DNA of 64,000 bases from Schizochytrium sp. TIO01 (Eukaryota > Protista > Bigyra: Labyrinthulomycetes), in contig SMSO01000031.1 in the NCBI GenBank assembly GCA_004764695.1, positions 3,882,436 through 3,946,435 on the forward strand. Direction: 5' to 3'. Both the position numbers and the translations under genes were made by a program. Below the pieces are notes generated by a model. That model was not told the origin of the DNA. It made no database searches and worked only from the letters and a program-made list of their open reading frames with translations. This document shows, piece by piece, positions 50,703 through 62,259 of this stretch. How positions within the stretch are numbered: the first letter of the stretch is position 1; the number at the start of each line of letters is the position of its first letter.

Positions 50703-51965
50703 ATGAGAAGAGGCTCTGTGCAAAGCAAGTCACTCAATGACTTGCAAGAGCTTGATGTTGAGGAAACCAGGTCTCTGCTCAGCAACACAGTAGCAGATAA
50801 GCTAACTCGCCGTTGGTCCTTCACAAATCTCCTTTCTGTTTCAGACAATGATGCAGAAAACCCCATGTCGTCAAGCGAAAGAAACATGCCAACACGGGTT
50901 CTAAAGCCTACGACAGCCAACGCACAGCATCAACCAGAGACGATGCTACAACAATTTCAGATGCGTCTAGCAAAACAAGTCTATCGGGCTCTCACCGAGA
51001 GCATCAATGACCCACGTGCTCTTGAGGAGCTTTTCTACAATATTAGTAGCACGGTGCCTTCAAAATTTGCTGAAAAGCTTAATCTTGATATGGAACGTAG
51101 ATGGTTTTACTATGAACTTCTGGCCACTTACTATTACATGCTCGAGCGAAAGTATGAGCCTGGCAAAGTGGAGAAAGAATTACTTCCACTCTGTGCTAAG
51201 CTATGGTCTCTGGAGCATTTTCCTTCTGTTTTTTCATTACTGCTTCATCGCTGGGTCGTTGAGACTGATGCAGGGTTGACAACCAAAGGTTGGGTGATGC
51301 GCTTCAATGTGCTTTTGAAGGGGACCTATCAGCTTTTCTGGTTCGATATTGAACATGACACGCGTAAGCTTTGGCCTTTATATGTTCGCCTGAGGGAGAA
51401 AATGTTCGAGCCCGCATCGCCTTTCTTCCTTGACACACTTCAGCCGGACGACCACAATGCAAAGAGCAAAGAACTGGCATCGTTTTACGTATCCGCCCAT
51501 GCTGCTAAAGATTCTATTCGCAAAGACTTTGCCTATGTTCTCGCTCGATTCTACTTTTACTATTCTTCGCGTCCTGAACGAGTTCAAGCTTTTTGCATTA
51601 ATCAGCTTCAACTCGACGAGGGTCTCGATTCATTCGTGCCGCAGCTGGTCCAGCAACTACGCACTGTGGGCCCCCGGAATGAAAAGGTTCTGTTGCACTA
51701 CTTGCGCTGCACAAGCCTTCTTCCTATTGCCGAGCTTAACTTGTCTTCTAGAAATAAGCTTTATGCAACCTTAAATGAGCTTCAAATGCTCGGCCCTCCA
51801 CTCCATGTTTCACGGACTGTGGCAGCGGAAGCAAAGCGGACGATGGACCAACTCTTTCCCCAAGGAAGATATGTTCGCGTCTTCATCAACCTTCTCTTTG
51901 CATTGCTTCGACCTTTTCATATTTTTGCATTCCTCTTTGCGTCAGAGAAGAATTCCACAGCATAA
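50703..51965 (+). CDS. Conserved uncharacterised protein (recalled resemblance to an unannotated plant/algal family)
   Basis: Motifs FYYELLA.YY, LWS..F..VFSLLLHRW, LFWFDI, LARFYFYY, E.VLLHYL, GPP....R.V...A...D.LFP.GR..R..I.L.F.LL.P. The family resemblance is from memory and was not searched. Confidence 0.75.
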   Translation: MRRGSVQSKSLNDLQELDVEETRSLLSNTVADKLTRRWSFTNLLSVSDNDAENPMSSSERNMPTRVLKPTTANAQHQPETMLQQFQMRLAKQVYRALTESINDPRALEELFYNISSTVPSKFAEKLNLDMERRWFYYELLATYYYMLERKYEPGKVEKELLPLCAKLWSLEHFPSVFSLLLHRWVVETDAGLTTKGWVMRFNVLLKGTYQLFWFDIEHDTRKLWPLYVRLREKMFEPASPFFLDTLQPDDHNAKSKELASFYVSAHAAKDSIRKDFAYVLARFYFYYSSRPERVQAFCINQLQLDEGLDSFVPQLVQQLRTVGPRNEKVLLHYLRCTSLLPIAELNLSSRNKLYATLNELQMLGPPLHVSRTVAAEAKRTMDQLFPQGRYVRVFINLLFALLRPFHIFAFLFASEKNSTA

Positions 51966-52099
51966 TTTTTCTTCCAAACAACTTGAGAAAATCTTCTGCT
52001 TCTACTAGAAGAGAAAGAGCGTTCCAAACCTCAGGTCAATATTGCCAACTCTGAGGGAGTTTATCGTCCTCTAAATTCACTGCCTATTACGAATTCTAC

Positions 52100-55000
52100 G
52101 CTAAATACTATGCAATGTATATACTGTTGTTTCGGATTACTTTATCTCGTGCTAGAATCATCTCTATCAGTTTTGGAGTTAGTTGGCAGAGCAAGCAGCT
52201 ATGGTTATGAACTATTGTATGCCTTAGAAGAATCAACAATCTTGTATGGGGAGAAGCACTTCCGACTGACGGTGCTTTGGGAGTACAGGAGAATGCTCCT
52301 AACATTTCTGGCAGTAAAGAACTTAAGATATAATTCCTAAGTAAATCTATACCAACATTTACAGTTGAGAGTCAATCGCGTATATGTACTCTTCTAATAT
52401 AATTCTCCTCTGACCGTTAACGGCTTGAAAACGTCGGTGAGAGGGATGACTTCGCAAAGCTTTCTTTTGCATAAAGTCACAGGAGGTTTTCTGGTAGAAC
52501 CGAGTGTTTGCGTTCGTTTAAAGTAAAGCTAGACATGGGATGAAATATAAGTGGGATGACTGGTGACCAAGTCACACGGACTGTGCATAGTAGGTTTATC
52601 GACATGAAGAATTGTAAAATATATCCGAGGTAGGGATTGACATGAGCTTTGCTGGGGAGATAGGTGCCGAGAACATCCATTGATAGAATATTGCTATTAA
52701 TAGCAGCCCCATAACTTGATTTGGCCATGCACAACCAGTTGATTGTTGCAGATCACAGGTATCCCAGAGTTATTTTAATCCTATGGCTTGGTCACTATTC
52801 TGTGTATGCTCTGATTCTCGTGCGGGGTCAAATTGAGGGCCATGATTCTTAGAAGAGGTTTTCATGAAGATGCCCCAAGATTTTGTGTTATTTGCCTTAT
52901 TTTATCATTGTCATTTAAAAAAAAAAATAGAAAAAAAAAAAAATCTCCATGTGAGCAAGGAGAAAATTTTATAAATTTATTCAAACAAAGCGTGATGCGG
53001 ATATTCAACTTCTTAAGTGGCGTTATGAGGAACAACTTGAGGACCTCGTTTTGAAGGGCCCAGTTTCCATAGCTAAACCTTCAGATATAGTAGATTCATA
53101 TGATTATGGATGATAAGAATTGTTTATTATGAGGGTCACTTAGTTCGTTTCAATGATAACTTTGCGAATATTGATGAACCACATTGGTCTGATGTCCCAA
53201 ACTATGTCCAGGAAGACCAGAATATAATTAACTGCCACCCAACCGTAACTGTTTAATTAGATTACTTGACCTCTTGGTTCTTTATCATTCTAATACTATT
53301 TGTTGGTCTTGAGATAGTCTGTCAGTCTCGGATCTCACAGATCCCCAACACTAAGCAAAATGCATTGATTCAATATATATTTTCCAGCCTTCGTACCCTA
53401 AACAAGTATTGTCTCCTGCATACTCTACAAAATATTCTTGAGCTGGCGTCAAGATTATTTAGATTTTTAAGGTAGGCGCTTTTTTAAATTCTTGGTGCTA
53501 TCAAATTAGTTTAGACCACGTTCTTCTTAGAGATTTCAAACCTTCAACCATAAGCTCTTTAATACTCTCTAAAGTTACGCAATCCACCTTTACTAATGAT
53601 GTTTTTTCCTCATGATCATTCACAGGTGGCAATACAGGAAACCTTTGAGTCAACTTGGTTATCACAGCTCTTGTAGGGTTGCTGGTGTTTTGATTGGCTT
53701 GCTTGACAGACACGTAATGTAGATTTCCTGAGACTGTGCGACTAACAACCAAGGTAATGCGCTATGAGAAATGTTGTGTTTGCTGCTCATATACGACGCT
53801 ATGAAGGGTCCTGTCAGAGGTGTCCAATTTGGACGTCTGAAAGATCAAAATATTCCTTTCAAGAATGATGTTTTCATTTTGCCGCCACTCAAGCAAGTTT
53901 CATTAATAACAACGACACTCTTTGGTTCTGGATTACTGAGACGTGGTTATGATTACTTAGAGGTAATTGAGGAAATATCTAAGATTGCAGTAGTTAGTTA
54001 GTACTGAGACTAGTTGCCGCTTGTCTTATTGAATGTGCTGGAGTTGGTTCAAGTGCTTTAGGTCGCTTGGGATATTTCGGGTCTGCTGTTAAATTTGCTT
54101 TGCAAATTCCTCTCGACCCTTGTTTTGTTCCCTTCGCTCCTTGGTATGGGTGCATCTCATGTGGTGTTCCATTCAATCTTCAGATTCAGAAAATATCCAA
54201 GCAAGTTCATGATCTAAGAGGAGATATTTGAAGCGATCAAACCACCAGTCAAGATTCATTGTGTTGAACCATCATAATTTCCGACCTTCAGTGTCACGAC
54301 AAAGTATCTCGTTGCGATAATGTCTGAATTTTTGCATATAGCTGCTGTGGATCGTGAACGGTACCATCCCACTAAGCATGGTGTATGGTTGAATCATCGT
54401 CTCCCTTAGGCAGGAGGCACGTTTCCTATGGAATGTAAGAAATCCTACCGTGAGATTGGAAACCCAAGGTGGCTGAGATGCAAAACAGTGTGCAAAGGCT
54501 CTCCTCAGCACATTTGTCCAAAGCGATATAGGCGACGTAACGTTCTGGATATGTCACAAGCACCAGAATGCCACCGCAGAAATGTTGAATCGTGAATCTG
54601 CATGTCTAGATGTTTTAATTTTTAACTTTCAAGCATCAACAGCATGCTTAAAATGATGTACATTCTTGCAATCTAGAGCAGCGATTTTCTTGTTGAGGTC
54701 TGCAATCATGGTAGTTTTCTACAGTGTGCGCTGCTTAAGGGATCTAGCTACAATTTTGATACTGCCTTATGCTAGGCCAGACTGAGCCATCTACTGAGAC
54801 TGAGTTCGTAACTTGGCCTTCAGCTCCTGCATCCCATGTCACCTTAACTTTTCATTGCTGGCCTTTCGAGTCTCGTACTTCATATCACGCCTTCAGCAAG
54901 ATCTCCAAAGCTGGACACAGACCAATTCTTGCCGGCCACGCATTTTCCTCCATGTCTACGACCTCTTCACAGATTTGTAAAGGGATATTCGACTCACAAA

Positions 55001-55750
55001 GCTGTATTTGCCCAATGACCTGCAAATCTAATTACCACCAGGTAACGAACAACTCAAGGATTTGAAAAGAAACGTCATCCTCCTTAAAGTAAATTTCATT
55101 ACCTAACAGCTGAACCGCGTCTTGCAGTCATGCCTGCTCCAAAACCTATATCAGCTTCGCACAAGACGAAGCCTCGCACATTTTGCAACTTGATAATTTA
55201 CTTAGGTTTTATATGAGATTGACATTTTATTCTTTACTATTATAAGTAAATGAACAAAACTGCAAACTAAATTCACGGGGTTGTACTTTATACATCGACA
55301 ATCCTGATGAATTTGGTCCAATTGCGTTGAAGAATTTTGTGGTGCACTTGGGTTTTCACAAACCTGCAAACCTCCCAACTTTGCTCACATTTTCTACTAT
55401 AAGCATCTTAAATTGCTGAAAGCTGGCTATACGATATCTCTCTGCAGGTTCTATTGGCTGCCGAACAGCCTTGCGAACAACTTACAGCGAGTTTTTCCTC
55501 TGAGGTCTTGGTAATCTGCCCCATGCCCACGGCCGAAACAAATGTTCTTTGCCCTCATCTCTCAATTCCCTCCAATGAATAATAAGCAAGGCCAATTCAA
55601 GGACAACTTCCATTTGGTTTCCGTATTTATTGTATCTACACCTCAGACTGCTTCGTACTTATATTCATCGTCATGATACCAAAGTGCCCACGAAAGTGCC
55701 CTCGAAACGTTGCGAGCAGCACGCCTCCACAAGATGTTGTGCAAAGAAAA
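52100..55750 (-). pseudogene. Decayed coding-like region, possibly a non-LTR retrotransposon relic
   Basis: Stop-interrupted protein-like frames on the minus strand. Traces of gag-type knuckles (53748-53845) and NIL*SMQET (53410-53436). Boundaries approximate. Confidence 0.35.
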
Positions 55751-57477
55751 CAGCACCCCAGTGTGCAACAAATTTATATATAGAAGTAATTACTAGTCGC
55801 TAGTTATCTCATCTATGCATGAAATACCTAGTATTTACATGAAAACCCAGGTAGCTAATATAATGCATACGTACATGTCAAACAATCAAAGAAAGAAGAA
55901 TTCGATCATGGTCATTTGCCTGCTCAAACTAATATTTAAAAAAAATTAAAAAAAAAACTGAAACGAAAAAGTCTTAGAATAACATAGTAATTTTAGTAGT
56001 GTTCAGGTCAGAAACGTCTCCGAAGAAGCCGGTGACACTCAATGATGATTTACCAATGCTCGTACAGAAAAAAGAGAGATGGAAAACCAATGTGAATATA
56101 TGATTGCAGACCCCAATATCGTATATAACATCATAGCGCGAATCTGAATTAGAACTACCCCCATAGTAAGAGGAAACGATGTATGATTAGCCTGTAAAAC
56201 AAAGGTAGAAAGTCTCCAACATTAAAATGTCCATTACACTATTAAATAAGGGCAGTTACGGCCGATGCTATTCAAATTCATACTGTCAATAATTCTGCCA
56301 TGGCTCTTTTATTTCTATGGAACTAAAATTTAGTTGATAAGAACGAGGGAGAGCCACGCAACGCGCAAAGTCGCACTCGCCTTGGGTAATGTAACCTTCG
56401 GACATCCTAGCGACATGATAGTAATACACATAATATATATGCTACTACTAGTACTGTTACATGAGGCGTTTTTCTTTTTAGCACTAACGCTATTCATTTT
56501 ATTAGATATTATATAGACATAACTAAAAAAGACTTACTTTCTCATTGGCCCTCTTGAACCTCCGGATGTACCGGGGTTAGCAAACGTTGAATGGCAGAGA
56601 CGCGAGAGTGTTTCTTGGTTAGGCGCGCGCGACAGGGGGTCCTATTGGTAGCGCGACCTCGCTTCTTGCACTTGTGTCTGGCTTACCTTGCTACCACACT
56701 GCTGCGGCGTGCCGCAGAAAGGAATATCGGCTACTTTCTGTAGCAAAGGAGCAGGCTAAGTAGTTTTCTTCTACAAGCTTAGTTCGGCCATTGACAGTTG
56801 TGGGAGAGCTGACTGGAGCACGACTTGGAGCACGTGCAAAGTTCTTCAGCGGCGGAGATATTTTTTCAAAGTCTAGTCGCCAATCTAGGTTCGCAAATCG
56901 GACCTTCTCCATTGGCTCGAATATCCTCTACATATAAATAAATTTACCTACAGGCTAGGTCCTGCTTCTGGCCGACAAGTGCTTTGCCCATACGTACATT
57001 GTCAAATTTGAAAGGGAGGATACCAACACACGTACATTGCTACTAAACTGATTAATCAAGGGTTATTTGACCGGAAACAGACTTCTCAAAGTTGTCGCAT
57101 AGAGACGCTTGATCTAGCAGCTTTTGTTCAAAAGTTCGCCCAAAGCGCATCTGGTTCCGATCAGAGCGATAGTTAAATAGAGGCCTTGCTCAGCTTGTCT
57201 ATCAAATAGACGTCTTAGTTCACACTTGACCAAGTCTCAGCGACTCAGTGCAAGAAAGGCTCACGCTTCTCTCTTCCAACTACCCAAGGGCATCCGGTGA
57301 TAGTCACTCGTACACGGCTAATATCAGCAGTGCTTCCACTGACCATTTCATCTCAATCTCCAGCCTTGAGAAGAAAATAAAAAGCAGGAAGAAGTCAAAT
57401 CTGAGGATATAAGAGGCTAGAATCTCCCAAAAGTCTTCCCCCATTTTCTTCCATTCCTTTGAGAACTTCCAAATTGC

Positions 57478-60400
57478 ATGTCACTGCAGTCTTTGTTACT
57501 GTACACTGATCCAATCCTACCAAACAAACAACCCATTAATGCCAAAATGCAAAATTTACACGGCACCGCATGCTGTAAAACCATCTTTGAGCCAGCTGCT
57601 TCATACAGACAACTACATTCCTATCTCACAGTGAGCCACCAGGAAAGTTATATGGAACTTAAAACGTCAGCTATCTCTGCAGAGATGAATCCCAAATATC
57701 TTACTTTCAGTGAGGCAAATAAAGCAGAGCCGCGGTGTACTGAACAATCTACTGATTCCTGCAACATCACAAGCGGTCTGTCTACCTTCCTGGAATTAGC
57801 AAACACCACCGATTTAGCTTTGAAAAGCATAGAAGACTGTATAACTTCATTCGATCCATTGACTACTGAGCTTTCAGTACAAACTTCGAAAGGTGTTCCT
57901 CCTATGGAATCCATACTGAGTCCGATACGAACCTCAAAGATGTCGATTCTCGAGGCACTCTGGAGGGAATGTGCTACCGCTCCCAAGCTTTTAAGTGCAA
58001 CTCCGAAACAAAAGCCAAAGGGAAAATCGAGCTTACCTTGGCGTGGAAAAGACCATAGATTGGAACCTTTCAAAGATATGGTCCACAAATCCGCAAACAA
58101 AAAAGAACTATTTGCATCACTACACAGTCTTAGGATTTGCACTGATCTCTGTTTGGATAGTGTAGGTAGTATGGATGGTCCAAACTCAAGCAATTCGATT
58201 TCTAGTTTAGAGTTATGGTCTGGAGTTCAACCTTTTAACTGTAGATTACCTTCGGCTGCAGATACAGCTCAGCTTTCTGGGGACCAAGTGACTGACAATG
58301 CTGGCACGGACCCAAGCGATGTCGAAACGTGGGTTTCGGACGATTTAGCGATAGCTCGATTCGAAAAAGATCGAAAATCGCGCTTGGAGAAACAGTCAGC
58401 TTTGCAACTGCTAGCTTTAAATGAGAATAAGTGTATGCGATCTGGCACCTTGGCTAAAAGAGAAGACAAGAATGATAAAGTAAAACTACCCTCAGTTTTA
58501 TGCTGTCCCAATGTAGCAGTGCGAAATTACGAGTCTAGTAAGATAAACAGTGCCTCTAGGGGCATGGCGAAAGAACCGCCTTCCTGCTCTTCGTCCTCAT
58601 TCAGTGTAGACTGTTTGAGGTCCGATCAAAGTGATCTGAATATTAATGACTCTTCTTTAGTTAGGCATTCTGAATATCTAAATTTCGATAATTTAGAGCA
58701 TTCGTCCAAAGATTCATGGGGCTTCCTAGACAGTGAGGCGGAAAACTTAAGTTTAGCCGGGAATAGCGATTATGACGACTCATCAGCAGGTAGTCCATTA
58801 GAAGAGGACATGGAGTGGGTGTTTGGGGCAGATGCTATCGAAATGTTTGACAATGATGCCCGATTCATGTTTCCGGGTAAGGATTGTTCCGATAACCTCA
58901 GCCCTGAGAGTGAGCACCTGTCTGAAATTCATGATAGCGGTTCCATATGTATGTCTGATCAGGAAAGTAGAGAGTCCAGGCTCTTTACTGAAAGGTCCCA
59001 TATCATGACTGGGGAAAGTCTCAAGCTTGAGCTGGGTAACTTTTTCGGAAACCAGGAGCTTGTGGAGAGCCCTCGCTTAGGTTGCAATCGGTGGTCAGCT
59101 GACTTAAAATATGTAAAAGCGGAGATTGAGGCAGCGACATTGCCTAAGACTACAGAAAATATGCTTGAAGCGTTACCAGAATATCTGACACCCCGCGGTA
59201 TAGTCAATGATAATCATGTTGGCAAGGGAGTCAAAAATTCACTGCATGTTGCTCTCAGTCATGATTTTATACCAACAAGCTCTACCTTTATGCTTTGCAA
59301 TGGACATGGTAACTTTTACCTATTCAACAAAGGTAATTCAACGCTACATCTATGCATCAATGTAGAGGGCTCCAACGTGAGTCTGCCAGAACTATTTTCA
59401 GATAGTGACGGTACTTATGGAAGCGATAGGCAACATTACATCGTAGCAGAGTGTTTCCAGCTTGTGCTACCTGAGACGATGGCTCTTTTACCTTCATTTG
59501 CATCTATTGTATTAGAACCTGGTTCCCGTATTCAAATTCAGGTTCGGGCAGGTCCACAATGGGGCCAAGAGCAAGAGCAAGCTAACGCTGCTCGCAACAG
59601 TATTCTTTCAGGGGTAATCACTATCCGAGAAGCCTGTATGAATGAAAGATCTGAGATGAGTCTCCTTGAATCTGTCCCTGTCTCTATTTTTCAAACACAA
59701 CGCACCGATATTCTGTTGAATGGGATTTCGCCTCCATTGCGAGATCTTTCCAAAGAATGTATTCTAAGTCCCGGGAATGGGTCACTGCCATTGTGTTTTG
59801 AGAATCATGGAAAACACAAGGCTGTTGTCTTTGTGAGTATTGATTCTGAGGCAAGCCCACGTCAGTTTGTTCTCCAACATGGAGAACGGCAGGCAGTGTC
59901 GCTAAACATTTCAAAACAGAAGCAGTTCGTCCAAATTATCTATATGGAGTTAGACTGCTGGAAGGTACAAATGGCAACTCTCAATTACTTTGCAGAACTT
60001 TTTAACACGTTGAAGTGCGATCAGAATGGTAGTCATAAAGAGCGGTTGGCACGTCTCTTTGTCAGTTGCCATCGGGCGATGACAAAGGTAAAAACCTATT
60101 ACTTTGCAGGTATTTTAAGTTCCGGGGAAGGTGGTCATCCAGGGACGTTGAAGTTTCTCAATGATAAGCTACTTACTCCAAATCTCTCTGGCGTTGAACA
60201 TGCCTATGAACCTGATAAACTCAACTATCTTCCGAAAACTCCTCAGTCACAAAATAGTAAGTACAGTGGTTTAGAGAGCAACCACACTTCAGATTTCATA
60301 CACTGGCTATTGAAAGTTTTGGTCAGTTGTTCGGGATTGCAAGAGGAGACCGAGAGGCTTTGTCAAAAGGTACACCTAAGCTCTACAGAAAGTGACACGT

Positions 60401-62259
60401 ATTTCATGTCGTCCTCAAAGTTTCATGTAAGGAGTCTTCAGCTCACAAATGAGATTGGGAACATTCTTGTGGAGAATTTTTTAAAGTTTGTTGCATCTGA
60501 TCGAAAAGAAATGGCCAAGCGTGCCCCTGCCATGGATTGGTTCTTCCAAACAAAGTTTCGTTGTTCGACTCCAGCAAAGCCATTACACATAACTACAGAT
60601 ACAGCACCCTCGAATGACATCTATAGTTCTGAGCATGAGGACCCCAATCCTTCGTCGAGATCAAGACGCTCGTTAGCGATAAGTCGACTCTCTTTAGACT
60701 CAAAAGCATTTAGTGAAGCTCAGAGTAGCAATGAGGTAGACGTGGACTTTCTTGTTTTAGATGATTCTTGGAAGGGTGTTGGCACTCGGGGAAGTGTCAA
60801 TAGACAACAGGATCCCATTATACAAGAGCCATGCTGGGTGCTAAACAATGCTTCAGCAGGAATAAAAGAGCAACGCAAAATTGTTTATGAACATCTTCAA
60901 GCAAATGCGTCTAATATTAAACGTCTTAATGCTCAAGAAAACATTGAGTCATCAAAGACACCTAGAAAAAGAATAGTTGACAAGCTTATCTTTGACAGGT
61001 ATGAGAATCGCGCCCGCCTAATCAGCAATGATAATGAAGACAACGAATCTGACTGTAACTTAACCTGGGCGCCGAGAACACCACAATCTATGGAGCACGA
61101 GCAAGGTGATCCCAGCTTCGAAGAAACGGTGGTCGATGAGCTTGTCTTTGACAGCTATGAGAATCACGCCCGTCTCATCAGCAATGATAATGAAGACAAC
61201 GAATCTGACTTTAATTCGACCTGGACACCAAGAACACCACAATCTATGGAGCACGAGCAAGGTAATCCCGGCTTCGAAGAAACGTTGGTCGATGAGCTTG
61301 TCTTTGACAGCTATGAGAATCACGCCCGTCTCACCAGCAATGATAATGAAGACAACGAATCTGACTTTAATTCGACCTGGACACCAAGAACACCACAATC
61401 TATGGAGCACGAGCAAGGTAATCCCGGCTTCGAAGAAACGTTGGTCGATGAGCTTGTCTTTGACAGCTATGAGAATCACGCCCGTCTCACCAGCAATGAT
61501 AATGAAGACAACGAATCTGACTTTAATTCACCCTGGGCGCCGAGAACACCACAATCTATGGAGCACGAGCAAGGTAATCCCAGCTTCGAAGAAACAGGGG
61601 ATGTTTTACCTTCAAGTGATACTACGCCTAAATTCTATGAAGAGGACCAAAACTATATAGAAGAACTTGCAAATACGTCAGCTCAGTATGGTGGAAAAGC
61701 AGTTAGCAACTTCGGTCTCCTAAAGAGTCCGCAAGTAAACATGTACAAACCTTATCATAGACGTGTCTGTCCTAAATCAAGCTTAGAGCAACACAGCGAA
61801 CAAGCAAGGCCTGCTGCTCCCGTTGTTCTGTCGAAGATTTCTTTGCAGACCTCAACCAAGTTATCAAAGGGTATGGTGCTTTTCCAGCGTTCGATTGACC
61901 ATATTGTTGTCTCTTCCACCCTTGCTGATGGTCTAGAGAAGTCCAACGAGCTTCAATCAAGGGCGAGTTTTGGTAGACCAAAGAAGGAAAGCTTTGCTTG
62001 TGCGAAAACGCCAGGACATGCAGAGAACGTGGACCCGGGGCAACGAACAGAGTTGTTTGGAAGTCATCTACAACGGCAGTCCTCAGGAGAATTCTCACAA
62101 AGTGTAGATAATGTGAAAATGGTGTCCTCCTATAGGGACCTTTACATTGCCATTAAAAATGCTGGAAAGTTTCTTTATGATGAGGGGCTATCTGTACATC
62201 ATTTGGCTCGAGCGAGGAACTATAGCATGAAGGCAAATAACATTGCCTCGAGCGCATAG
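57478..62259 (+). CDS. Large, mostly disordered protein with two putative ASH/Spd2-like Ig domains and 52-aa tandem repeats
   Basis: 1593-aa ORF, Ser/acidic-rich. FYLFNKGNSTLHL...FQL...IVLEPGSRIQIQV and FENHGKHKAVVFV...FVLQHGERQAVSL. Confidence 0.7.
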   Translation: MSLQSLLLYTDPILPNKQPINAKMQNLHGTACCKTIFEPAASYRQLHSYLTVSHQESYMELKTSAISAEMNPKYLTFSEANKAEPRCTEQSTDSCNITSGLSTFLELANTTDLALKSIEDCITSFDPLTTELSVQTSKGVPPMESILSPIRTSKMSILEALWRECATAPKLLSATPKQKPKGKSSLPWRGKDHRLEPFKDMVHKSANKKELFASLHSLRICTDLCLDSVGSMDGPNSSNSISSLELWSGVQPFNCRLPSAADTAQLSGDQVTDNAGTDPSDVETWVSDDLAIARFEKDRKSRLEKQSALQLLALNENKCMRSGTLAKREDKNDKVKLPSVLCCPNVAVRNYESSKINSASRGMAKEPPSCSSSSFSVDCLRSDQSDLNINDSSLVRHSEYLNFDNLEHSSKDSWGFLDSEAENLSLAGNSDYDDSSAGSPLEEDMEWVFGADAIEMFDNDARFMFPGKDCSDNLSPESEHLSEIHDSGSICMSDQESRESRLFTERSHIMTGESLKLELGNFFGNQELVESPRLGCNRWSADLKYVKAEIEAATLPKTTENMLEALPEYLTPRGIVNDNHVGKGVKNSLHVALSHDFIPTSSTFMLCNGHGNFYLFNKGNSTLHLCINVEGSNVSLPELFSDSDGTYGSDRQHYIVAECFQLVLPETMALLPSFASIVLEPGSRIQIQVRAGPQWGQEQEQANAARNSILSGVITIREACMNERSEMSLLESVPVSIFQTQRTDILLNGISPPLRDLSKECILSPGNGSLPLCFENHGKHKAVVFVSIDSEASPRQFVLQHGERQAVSLNISKQKQFVQIIYMELDCWKVQMATLNYFAELFNTLKCDQNGSHKERLARLFVSCHRAMTKVKTYYFAGILSSGEGGHPGTLKFLNDKLLTPNLSGVEHAYEPDKLNYLPKTPQSQNSKYSGLESNHTSDFIHWLLKVLVSCSGLQEETERLCQKVHLSSTESDTYFMSSSKFHVRSLQLTNEIGNILVENFLKFVASDRKEMAKRAPAMDWFFQTKFRCSTPAKPLHITTDTAPSNDIYSSEHEDPNPSSRSRRSLAISRLSLDSKAFSEAQSSNEVDVDFLVLDDSWKGVGTRGSVNRQQDPIIQEPCWVLNNASAGIKEQRKIVYEHLQANASNIKRLNAQENIESSKTPRKRIVDKLIFDRYENRARLISNDNEDNESDCNLTWAPRTPQSMEHEQGDPSFEETVVDELVFDSYENHARLISNDNEDNESDFNSTWTPRTPQSMEHEQGNPGFEETLVDELVFDSYENHARLTSNDNEDNESDFNSTWTPRTPQSMEHEQGNPGFEETLVDELVFDSYENHARLTSNDNEDNESDFNSPWAPRTPQSMEHEQGNPSFEETGDVLPSSDTTPKFYEEDQNYIEELANTSAQYGGKAVSNFGLLKSPQVNMYKPYHRRVCPKSSLEQHSEQARPAAPVVLSKISLQTSTKLSKGMVLFQRSIDHIVVSSTLADGLEKSNELQSRASFGRPKKESFACAKTPGHAENVDPGQRTELFGSHLQRQSSGEFSQSVDNVKMVSSYRDLYIAIKNAGKFLYDEGLSVHHLARARNYSMKANNIASSA
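60976..61596 (+). repeat. Coding tandem repeat, 4 x 156 bp (52 aa)
   Basis: Units start at 60976, 61132, 61288 and 61444 and are near-identical. Confidence 0.97.

Noticed and set aside
60976-61596. CRISPR-like periodicity
   Set aside because: No unique spacers; it is an in-frame coding repeat.
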